Positions 9,959-18,400 of a DNA stretch of 20,000 bases are shown here, one piece after another. How positions within the stretch are numbered: position 1 is the stretch's first letter; every line of letters begins with the position of its first letter. Below the pieces are notes generated by a model. It saw only the letters and a program-made list of their open reading frames with translations, ran no database searches and was not told the origin of the DNA. The DNA is from Elsinoe ampelina. Taxonomy: Eukaryota. The stretch covers positions 1,322,254 through 1,342,253 of the forward strand of contig ML992508.1 of the NCBI GenBank assembly GCA_010093995.1, written 5' to 3'. A program made the position numbers and the translations under genes.

Positions 9959-10708
9959 CTACCTCCTCCCAAACCCCAATATCCTCCTCCCAGCATCCGA
10001 CACCTTGACCACATCCCTATACGTCAAACTCGTCCTCGTGACCCTCACATTCCTCCCCTCCCTCTCCCACCTCTCCCTCTCCCCAAGCAACTCCCAATTC
10101 GCCACCGTCTCGGGCCCCAGATCCTCATCAACCTCCACCTCCGCAATCCCATGCAACGTCCCCCCGTACACCTCCCCCGTCGTGACCAACAAACTCCCCC
10201 TCTCCTGCAAAACCCGCCACTTCCTCGCCTCCCCTCCCCCCTGGCCCCCTCCCTGACCCACCTTCTCGTAGACATCCAACACCACCGCCCCGCCTAGACT
10301 CACCGTCGCCGTGACGGGGTGGTACGTCGCGCCGTCCTCGTGGGGCATGATCCCTTGGCCGGGGGCGTACTCGTTGACGAGGCAGTGGTTCGGGTTTCCA
10401 TGGGGGGAGCCGGCGAAGATACCCAGGGCGGTGAAGCGGTCTAGGATGGGGGAGGAGAGGTAGGGGGGGAGGGGGCAGGCGAGGAGGGTGCCGGATTTGG
10501 TGAGCGGGGAGGGGTGGGCTTGGAGGCGGCGGTGGGTCAGCGGGGTCCATTTGTGGGAGGGGAGGGAGAGGAGGATGGTTTCTTCTTCGAGGGGGGTGAG
10601 GAAGGTGGGGAGGTAGGAGATTGTGGGGGGGAGGGAGGGGATTGGGGAGAGGGTGTGGGAGGGGAGGGTGGAGGAGAGGGGCGGGGGAGTGTGAGTTTGG
10701 GCGTCCAT
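9959..10708 (-). CDS. AlkB-family Fe(II)/2-oxoglutarate dioxygenase, ALKBH6-like
   Basis: 249-aa intronless ORF. Motifs: YLPTFLTPLEEE, KWTPLTHRRLQ, PNHCLVNEYAPGQGIMPHEDG (HxD), LHGI (distal His) and RVTRTSLTYR (2OG-binding arginines). These match the ALKBH6 subfamily. Confidence 0.88.
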   Translation of the reverse strand: MDAQTHTPPPLSSTLPSHTLSPIPSLPPTISYLPTFLTPLEEETILLSLPSHKWTPLTHRRLQAHPSPLTKSGTLLACPLPPYLSSPILDRFTALGIFAGSPHGNPNHCLVNEYAPGQGIMPHEDGATYHPVTATVSLGGAVVLDVYEKVGQGGGQGGGEARKWRVLQERGSLLVTTGEVYGGTLHGIAEVEVDEDLGPETVANWELLGERERWEREGRNVRVTRTSLTYRDVVKVSDAGRRILGFGRR

Positions 10709-11164
10709 CCAAGGCGAGGTAGTGCCGGGCGGGCGTGACTGGTGATGAGGAGTGGAGTCTCGTTTGGGTGATGGAGCTGTGAAGTTTGGTTGTGGTCTGA
10801 TGCGGGTCGATGTGAATCAGGTCTGCCAGGGCGATTGATGCCCTCGGTCGGGATGATCTGACGTGAGAATTATAGGTATTTCCGGTGCCCTGCAACGTTA
10901 ATATGCTTTTATTCCGATTGGGTGCGTCTGATTGCAAAAGAACAGAAGACTCACTTTGTTGTTATTCACGTGGGTGGATAACGATATTGTGTGTGTAGAA
11001 ATGAAGCACACGTGAAGATGGAAGCGACCACAAAGATGCCACATTGTTTAGATTTCCCTAATCACAACAACGACATCAGTGACATCTCAAAACAAATTGT
11101 ACTGTGGTCAAATTTTGAATGCTGAGAGTCATGATATATAGACTTATCTGCTCTTTCTTGCTGT

Positions 11165-12841
11165 CTAGACCTTTGGGCTTTCCACGACAACGTGACCGAT
11201 GCCCCTGGAGACACAACTCAGCATCTCCCCATTTTTCTCATCTGTGGTCAGCCCGATTCCTCTATGGTCGACCCTGCCCTCCACAACCTTCAGTCTACAC
11301 GCCCCGCAACTACCAACCTCACAAGAACTAGGCACGTCGAATCCCGCCTCCCTCATGGTCTCCAGAAGCGATTTGTTTGCTTCCACCTTCACTGGAATAC
11401 TTCGACCCTTGTCCAGTACCTCGACCGAGAAGGGATCTCCAGACGTATTCGCCGTGAAGGACTCAAAGTGTACCTCGTCGTCCGCCATGCCAGCCGCTCT
11501 CGCACCTGCAATCACCGCATCGATCATCCTCTGCGGACCACAAGTGAAGACGTGGCTGTTCCATTTCCTCGTTGTCAAGACCTCATCAATATCCATACGC
11601 TGGCCCTCGGACTTGCTGTATATGCGCACGTTGGGACCCAGGTCTTCCACCTGAGAACGAAAGGCCACATCGTCCGGGCTTCGGACAGCATAGTGCAGTT
11701 CGACTGTCTGGTTGATGGCCAGGAGCTTCTTCATCATGGCAAGAAAGGCCGTGATGCCAATCCCACCAACGATGAAGATGGAATGAGAGGCCATACCGCT
11801 TGGTGATATGCTGCGCTTGATGCTGCCGACCTCCACAGTGTCGCCGACCTTCAGCTTCTCGTGAATGTATGCCGAACCTCCTCGACTGTTGTCATCCAGT
11901 GCCACACCGAGGGTGAAGAGGGCTTTGGTACCACTGACGACAGAATAGTCTCGCTGCAGCCCGCTCCCAAGCCGGATGAGGGCATAGCTACCAGCCGGGA
12001 TCTTGAGGGGGCCGTCTGCTGCATCCTGAGCCTGCAATTGTATGGCAACGACTCTTGATGTTTCCTTACGCTTGGATACCACTGTCGATCGAGTCCATTC
12101 CTCGGCAGCCCTTGGGTTTCGGCTCTCCGGATGACCCGTCCAGCGGTTCCTGAACACATCCCTACACTCATCGCCGAGACCCTTCAGAGCCATGAGTTCC
12201 TGAACAACCTCCATGTCCTTCCGATCTCGATGAACGTAGTGGTGAATCCTTGCTATCGACCAGCGCGGATTCGCGCGGTGGATGACTCGCATCTCCATGC
12301 CAGCCTCGATACGACCTTCAATTTTGACTCGATAGTACCATCCAGTCTTCGAGTTCTGATGGGTCTTTGGCGCGAAATTCTTGATGCCGAATCGCTGATT
12401 TAGCTTGAAGCACGGCTGTCGTGGTAGGCTGACTTCCAGGATGGAGGTCTGCGTATTAACATCGAGCGGTGTACCTTGAGGGGCGATCCTGACCAGATCT
12501 CCAATGCAGACGTTCTCCTCGTGAAAGCCACTGGCGACGAGATTCTCTCCGAAGCCTCCAGGTACGAAGCGATGTACAGCGTCCGTGCCATGATACTGCG
12601 ACTGCCAGAATGCATAGTGAGAGGAGCAGTACTGATGCATGGCCTTGTCGATGCCACCGTGAAAGGTAGGGTCGTGCTCGTCGTCCGGTAGACCGAGTGA
12701 GGTCACCATGAGTGGTCCAGTACGAGATTGCTTGTCGATACCAGAAAATACAGTGCCAAACGGCTTCATTCGAGAGGTGCGGACATCCTCGAGTATCGTT
12801 GGCGCTGGCACCTGGATTGGAGAGAGGTCGATGGATGGCAT
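11165..12841 (-). CDS. MOSC (YiiM-like) + 3-alpha domain fused to PDR/VanB-type FAD/NAD reductase and 2Fe-2S ferredoxin (about 558 aa)
   Basis: Likely start is the ATG at 12841 (MPSIDLSP). MOSC motifs: SGIDK, HGGIDKAMHQY, GGFGENL, CIGD, EVSLPRQPCFKLN, TGWYYRV. Flavin-binding: RDYSV, SRGGSAYIH. NAD-binding: GGIGIT, CGP, HFESF. Ferredoxin: SSCEVGSCGAC...LSC. Intronless. Confidence 0.9.
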   Translation of the reverse strand: MPSIDLSPIQVPAPTILEDVRTSRMKPFGTVFSGIDKQSRTGPLMVTSLGLPDDEHDPTFHGGIDKAMHQYCSSHYAFWQSQYHGTDAVHRFVPGGFGENLVASGFHEENVCIGDLVRIAPQGTPLDVNTQTSILEVSLPRQPCFKLNQRFGIKNFAPKTHQNSKTGWYYRVKIEGRIEAGMEMRVIHRANPRWSIARIHHYVHRDRKDMEVVQELMALKGLGDECRDVFRNRWTGHPESRNPRAAEEWTRSTVVSKRKETSRVVAIQLQAQDAADGPLKIPAGSYALIRLGSGLQRDYSVVSGTKALFTLGVALDDNSRGGSAYIHEKLKVGDTVEVGSIKRSISPSGMASHSIFIVGGIGITAFLAMMKKLLAINQTVELHYAVRSPDDVAFRSQVEDLGPNVRIYSKSEGQRMDIDEVLTTRKWNSHVFTCGPQRMIDAVIAGARAAGMADDEVHFESFTANTSGDPFSVEVLDKGRSIPVKVEANKSLLETMREAGFDVPSSCEVGSCGACRLKVVEGRVDHRGIGLTTDEKNGEMLSCVSRGIGHVVVESPKV

Positions 12842-12988
12842 GATGACCAGCGACTCGACGTTGTAATGGAGTGCATGAGAGTATACTCGACCGTGAGATG
12901 CAAAAGAGGAGTGTCTTTGTCGCTGTGAATGCTGGCAGTAAAACCTTAGACTCACATGCATGGCCAAAAGTGGGAGTGTCATCGACCT

Positions 12989-12997
12989 TCACGTGAC
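12989..12997. promoter_or_regulatory. Palindromic E-box TCACGTGA(C) (GTCACGTGA on the minus strand; Cbf1/bHLH-type site) in the divergent MOSC/parvulin promoter
   Basis: Sequence ttcacgtgacgtg lies about midway in the 297-bp gap between the two start codons (12841 and 13139). Function is inferred only. Confidence 0.4.
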
Positions 12998-13138
12998 GTG
13001 CTTCAGCAGTCGAGTCCGTCACCATCACCATCTCCAACTTCTACGCATACACCTACCTTCAACCATCATTCCCTTTCAGCACATTGGCATTGAACAGACA
13101 TCGCAATCCTTTGTCCTCAGCAAAGGAATCCAACCCCA

Positions 13139-14118
13139 ATGGCACCGAAAAAAGCCTCCAAGTCCACGGCCCCAGACAAAGCCGCCGCCGCCTCAGGGAG
13201 CAGCAAAGTCAAAGGCGCCCAATCCATCAACGTCCGACACATCCTCTGCTCCAAGCACGGCAAGAAAGAAGAAGCGCTGGCCAAACTCAACGCAGGGACC
13301 AAATTCGACGACGTCGCGAAGGAATTCTCCGAAGACAAAGCACGACAAGGTGAGCCCGTGGTACCTCTCACAAAATCGTTATCTTTGCCCCTTCCTGTTT
13401 TTCCAAGCGTCGATATTCGGCCCGTATCGTTGTATGATCACCATCTGCGCCTCTCCTCCATCGAAAACGACGCCCTTCGCCCGCAGACCGGCCGCGGCTC
13501 GACTGCCAAGCGAGGTGCTAGATGAAGCACATGGCTGTTTGATTGCCCCCTCATCAAACTCGGCGGCATCCCTGTCCGGCATCACGTATCGAACAGTTCT
13601 GGACGTGCTATACCGCACGCATGGGACGTGTCAATGTTTCGGTCGAGAGTGTTTATCTATCTCCACCCCCAGGTGGTTCTCTCATTCCGACCGAACCGAA
13701 TGAGTGACCACAGGATGGGATGCGGTGGGGTGGGTTCGGGGTATCCGTTGTTTCACTATGGGGGCGGCCACGAGTCAGCCAATTATAGACGTGCACTGAC
13801 ATGGAACTCATGTCTGGTAGGCACGGTGGTAATATGCGGAGATGGGGCGGGATGTCACTGGTCTTGGAGTGACATGTGTTGTCGTTATGCAGGCCTATCG
13901 TTCTGCTTCTCGCTGTCATGTCAGCAGATCGAGATGATGATAGTTGGCTGACATATACCACAGGTGGCTCGCTAGGGTGGAAGACGAAAGGCTCGTTATT
14001 GCCCGAGTTTGAGAAGGTAGCGTTTGAGTTGGAGCCGAGCAGTACGGGCAGTCCAAAGTGGGGAGAGGCGAAGACGAGTGAAGGGTATCATATCATCATG
14101 GTTGAAGGGAGGAAGTAG
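13139..14118 (+). CDS. PIN4: Parvulin-type peptidyl-prolyl cis-trans isomerase, Par14/PIN4-like (2 exons, 121 aa)
   Basis: Exon 1 is 13139-13349 (basic N-tail, [10 protein letters not shown]...[17 protein letters not shown]). The 614-nt intron 13350-13963 has a GTGAGC donor, a GCTGAC branch site and a CAG acceptor. Exon 2 is 13964-14118 ([22 protein letters not shown]...[15 protein letters not shown]). The [18 protein letters not shown] and [11 protein letters not shown] motifs are typical of Par14. There is no WW domain. Confidence 0.93.
13430..13950 (+). ncRNA. Putative structured intronic RNA element in the parvulin intron (class unknown)
   Basis: Dense set of nested and local complementary segments read by eye (listed under findings). 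No diagnostic motif of a known ncRNA family was recognised. Confidence 0.4.
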
Positions 14119-14415
14119 CAAGTCATTTCGAGCGTCACTAGGCACGCAGATATGGATTGTGTTGAGTGCCAGGATCAGATTCGTATGACACTATCTACAC
14201 GCACGAGCATGTCCCATCTACGTCTCTTCGACGCAGTATCAAAAGGTAGTTGCAAAGCAATGAGAACGAATGTATGTCCAGGGAAAAGAATCATGTCCCT
14301 CTTCTCCTCTCTGTGCATCCCCACTACAGATTAGCGGTCCGATCCCAAGTCCGTTCCGCTCCATGCGCCGTGCTGATAATACGTCCCACGTTCTCATCTC
14401 CTGCTCAATTCCCCT

Positions 14416-16263
14416 CTACCACGAGAAAGCGTTCTCGACGAAATCGATCGTCGAACGCTGGCATCTATCCCTGACTGCCCTGCGCACGTCGTCACTCAAG
14501 CTGCCTGTCCCGCACACGCTGACTGCCATTGCTCCGACCTGTGATTGCTGCTGTGCTGCGACGAGAGCACCCACGTCTGGCTTGCCTGGAAACATCTGGA
14601 CGCTTGCACTTGGCGAGTGGATTTCCTTCGTGCTTCGCGGACGAGTGATGAAGAGCTGGATCTTGAGGCACTCACGTCTCTTGTCCATGCCAAGAATGTC
14701 GGTCATCCATGGGCGGATCCACTCGAGGTGCTCAGGTGATTGGATGATCCAGACCAAGGTGATGCGGCGGGCGGCACATTTGCCGTCGGCGTAGTCCTGG
14801 ACGAGTGACCGAAGGAAGGGGACTTGATGTGTGATCCCGACACCGGCGGCGAAGAGCATCACAGTGCCGTAGGAGTTGAGGTTTTGGTGACCATACGGAC
14901 CCTCGACAAAGGCGCGGGTCACGAAGCGACCTTGGGGTGCGTTCTCGGCACGAGACCAAAGCTTGTCGGTAAACCCAGTGCGGCGACGAATGATGAGTGA
15001 CATGGTTGTCTTGCGGATCGCGAGGATATCTTGGCGATCCATGATGGGGCCCTTCTCGCTGTAGACATCTTGGTAGTCGTCAGACCAGGCGAGGGAGAAT
15101 GGGTGATTGGTCCACCAGCCAATGCTTGGAAGGTATAGGTAGACGTGCTGGCCGGGTTGGAACTTCCAGGGACGGGCGAGGCGGAGAGTCACGCGGAGAG
15201 CATCACCAGGCATGGCCTCAACCTCAGCCGTAGTTCCTCCCGCACCAATGTTGTTGCGGATGAGGTTCTGGACACGCATGAACCGCTCGTAGGCCCAGAT
15301 GATGACGCAGGTAAGGATGAGGAGCTGAACGGGAATACCATCGACATGCATCCATAGTACCACCAAGGCCGTCACGGCAACAGCAATGTGTGCGTGGAGG
15401 AAGACTTCGTAGTACGCGTGGCGAACGACTGAAGGCGAATGCATCATGAGGAAGATGAAGGCGGCGGTACCGATGGTGCCGGTCAGGATAGTCTTGCTCG
15501 CAGCCATGGCCGAGGCCAATGATTTCCAGCCCGTAGTCTCGACCTTGTTTGTGCAGTACGCAACAGTGTGGGCAATGGCGTGAAGAACAGCAATGCGGCC
15601 GAGCCATCTGTGCATCATGTTGTAGCTGTCGAATGAAATGTCAAGAAGCCTGATGAGAATGTTGTTGCGGCCAGCGAAGAGGAAGAGAGGTACCATGTTG
15701 ACAAAAGACAGAACACCAGTTCGGTTGCGGATCTCCTTGAGAAGAGCTGGTCGCTTCTGGTCGTAGCCAAGCCATAGGAAGCAGAAAGCGATGTTGATGC
15801 CAAAGTATACCACAATGAATAGCGATTGAAGGCGGCTTGGTACAGTGCCAACGTTGACCGCAGAAGACAACATGATCTCCCTGTTGTGTCTCTTGCGGAA
15901 CAGAGGGGCGTCAAGTAGATGCTTCTTGACACTGGCGTAGGCTGGATCGACGTCGGAAAAGTACTTTTGCTTCTCGTTGTTCATGCAGGTCAGATTCCGC
16001 ACGTGCTTGAGGGCTGACAAGACAATCCTGTGAACGAACATAGCCCCAATGATGGCAAGCCACAGGTACGACATGTACATGATCAGGGCAAGGTTCTCAA
16101 AGTCGTCCTGTGTAGGGCCCTCGAATGTGCCATGACTGCTTCCTCCACCACCTTGTGCAGCCGGTGCACCTCCACCACTACCACCAGTAGCAGCTGGAGC
16201 TCCAGCAGCCATCACAGAATGTAAGAAGAGTGCACCGGCACTGAGGAAAGCGAGTCGGAACAT
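14416..16263 (-). CDS. Ferric/cupric reductase (FRE family, NOX/gp91phox-like transmembrane component)
   Basis: 615-aa intronless ORF with a signal peptide and a G/A-rich linker. Heme-ligand helices: MMHRWLGRIAVLHAIAH and FLHAHIAVAVTALVVLWMH. FAD motifs: PGQHVYL and HPFS. NADPH motifs: EGPYG, AAGVGIT, VCG and terminal ENAFSW. Confidence 0.93.
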   Translation of the reverse strand: MFRLAFLSAGALFLHSVMAAGAPAATGGSGGGAPAAQGGGGSSHGTFEGPTQDDFENLALIMYMSYLWLAIIGAMFVHRIVLSALKHVRNLTCMNNEKQKYFSDVDPAYASVKKHLLDAPLFRKRHNREIMLSSAVNVGTVPSRLQSLFIVVYFGINIAFCFLWLGYDQKRPALLKEIRNRTGVLSFVNMVPLFLFAGRNNILIRLLDISFDSYNMMHRWLGRIAVLHAIAHTVAYCTNKVETTGWKSLASAMAASKTILTGTIGTAAFIFLMMHSPSVVRHAYYEVFLHAHIAVAVTALVVLWMHVDGIPVQLLILTCVIIWAYERFMRVQNLIRNNIGAGGTTAEVEAMPGDALRVTLRLARPWKFQPGQHVYLYLPSIGWWTNHPFSLAWSDDYQDVYSEKGPIMDRQDILAIRKTTMSLIIRRRTGFTDKLWSRAENAPQGRFVTRAFVEGPYGHQNLNSYGTVMLFAAGVGITHQVPFLRSLVQDYADGKCAARRITLVWIIQSPEHLEWIRPWMTDILGMDKRRECLKIQLFITRPRSTKEIHSPSASVQMFPGKPDVGALVAAQQQSQVGAMAVSVCGTGSLSDDVRRAVRDRCQRSTIDFVENAFSW

Positions 16264-17142
16264 GGCGAAAGATCGTCGTGGGTAGCTGGTACTGTCACTG
16301 ACAGGTTAAATAGAAATTTGGTCGGTAAAAAGGCGTCAAGATGTGAGGTCTTCCGATACCAGATCGAGATGAACGAGTGTGTTGTCCAAGAAATGGGTGC
16401 CCAGCACCAGTGAGTCGTTCCTTTGCCGGAGCGAGGATCAAGAATCGGAATTGTGAATGAGTGACGTCCTGGTTTGTCGATGGTCCAGGTTGGGTTCTGC
16501 GGAGGGAGGACGTCAACGCATGTGTCGAAAAGGAAGGGCAAGACGGGTCTTGATAACGGAGAGTCGCTTCCGTACAGAGGCTGAAGTCGTCAAGGGTGTG
16601 AAACGCAGGAGAACGCAGGTGAAAGAGAGGGACTCGGGTGAGAGATAGGATGCAGAGGAGTGGTGTCACGTCAGAGGCAGAAGATCATGTCGTGTTGAGC
16701 TCCAGGCTCGTGCAAATTGCAACAATAAAAATCAAGAAGTGGGCCAGACGCCTCTTGCTGGGCAAAGAGTGTGTCCACGAAGTGATCCCCGGCAAGGGGT
16801 CGAGGTTTCGACGAGGAATTGCAGGTGTTTTGTCCCGCCCAGGCGCTAAAGGACATCTGATACAAATGGCTGTGGGCTTGTGAACCCAATCAACCACTGA
16901 GGGACTGATTCCTGGGGTTTAAGCTCATCGGATCCACACGAAGTCCCGCAGAGCTCCACTCGACCACTTTTTCAACTGCAAGGCACCACGGCACGATTGA
17001 GTACGAGCGGCCCCTTGATTGGTTGAAGTCCGACCGATGGCTGGCTCCTCTTCAGTCCTCAAACCAGACGTTCGGATCAAAGAGAGCGCCAAAAACATCG
17101 TTGTTTGATGTGGCTGTCAAGCTCGCGTGTCTCGATAGGACC

Positions 17143-17175
17143 GACAGCAGCAGTGACGGCAGCAGTGACAGCAGC
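17143..17175. repeat. Short tandem repeat, 12-bp unit GACRGCAGCAGT, about 2.7 copies
   Basis: gacagcagcagt gacggcagcagt gacagcagc, read directly. Confidence 0.7.
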
Positions 17176-18258
17176 TTGGACATCGGACATGATCAGAGAT
17201 GGTCACTCTTCCAAGCACATGCAGAGAGACGTCAATGAGATCTCAATCTATTGTCATAAAATAACCGGATATTGTGAGATGCATGCAGTCTAATTTACCG
17301 GATATGTGCTCCGAAGTCAAATTCGCAAACGCACATAAGTTAGGGCGGTCTTCTTATCGCACGTTGTGTAACAAAACTTGCGCAACACACCTCTCGATCG
17401 CTGATGAGACCACGATGCAATGCAGAGTCATACAAGGTGTCTGGATGTCATACCTTTGGCAAAAAGGAGTGACAGACTCCAGTCATGTCGCCCCTCCCCT
17501 GCAGACGCCAGCAACCATCGCGGCGCCAGAAGAAACTCCAGCTCCACATCGGTAAATTGGTTGCGCAGGGCAGGTTCGCATGACACGCAAAAGCAAGCTC
17601 ATCTGCAGCGTTATCGACTGGTTCTGACAGCTTCCCCGGGTCGGCTGCCTCCACTGTCTGTGTGAAACGCCCAACTCACAGCCAATCTCAAATACAGTTT
17701 ACAATGGGCCGACTGCGCCTGTCGGGGTTTCTATGGTCGATGACATTTGCTTACGAGAGGTGAAAGCTAGAAAGGGCAAAGTGCACGTTTATCCGTCGTC
17801 TTTCATCATGAAGTGAAGTCGGCCTGCGCGATGGAATGGACGCCTCTGGCCAAGCCGCAGGTGTTGGTTCGCCATTTCCCAGCCTGTTGGGCCCTGGTGA
17901 TCTTCGCAGGATTACAGAAACTCCATATCCATGATGTAGACCAACACTGTGAGGCTTGAAGAAGCCGAAAGAATGCTTCTGTGAGCGGCAAATCGTTGTG
18001 ACCCTGTCTTGCCTGATGTTATCGTCGCTTTTGAGGTCAGAATTCGGAGTCACCGCGCCAGGAATGAGGTTGGGGACCTGATGAGATGCTGTCGCCTGGA
18101 GATCCAGTGAATTGATCAATTGTGGACTCACAATCCACTGACGCGGCTGACTCACATGCAACTCACTGGTTCAACTGAGAAAGATCGAGATAACACGATG
18201 ATATCTAATAAATACTGTGAGGTCGTGCGGCTCTGCAAGATCAGCTTTCACCATCACA

Positions 18259-18400
18259 TGTTGTAACTGGCAAATCGGATCGAGAGACGTGTGTTTCATT
18301 CAGAGAGTTACAATAACCGATTTATCTACTGTGCGTGTGCTGACTTATTAGTGCCAGTTCTTTAGTACTAGAGAAGCTATACTAGCCTTCTATTACAACA
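18259..18400 (-). repeat. Long terminal repeat (142 bp; 3' LTR of a minus-strand element)
   Basis: Bounded by the 8-bp inverted repeat TGTTGTAA (18259-18266) ... TTACAACA (18393-18400), giving TG...CA ends. It is directly abutted by CTCCCCCTCT (18401-18410), which reads as the polypurine tract AGAGGGGGAG immediately followed by TGTTG on the minus strand. Confidence 0.78.

Noticed and set aside
9920..10937. Overlapping Pro- or Gly-rich ORFs (9920..10297, 10128..10937, 10514..10738)
   Set aside because: They are shadow frames produced by the C/G-skewed, stop-poor AlkB-like gene.
12842..12982. Longer N-terminus of the MOSC ORF in the track (605 aa)
   Set aside because: The first 47 residues show no domain character and would leave very little divergent promoter. 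The ATG at 12841 is preferred.
13350..13525. Single-exon 128-aa parvulin (track ORF 13139..13525)
   Set aside because: Similarity ends at the GTGAGC donor, and the missing C-terminal half is found at 13964-14118.
13930..13956. C/D box snoRNA from ATGATGA (about 13934) plus CTGA (about 13948), or an ACA box at 13951
   Set aside because: The boxes are too close together and overlap the intron branch site GCTGAC. snR30/U17 m1/m2 motifs, RNase P/MRP conserved regions and a telomerase template were also not recognised in the intron.
16880..17705. HapX/CBC bipartite iron-regulatory motif (CSAAT-N12-RWT) at the CCAAT boxes upstream of FRE
   Set aside because: None of the four CCAAT boxes checked has RWT at the required spacing.
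16212..18161. Short ORFs of 60-136 aa upstream of the ferric reductase
   Set aside because: They have no recognisable motifs, overlap each other on both strands and are of chance length.
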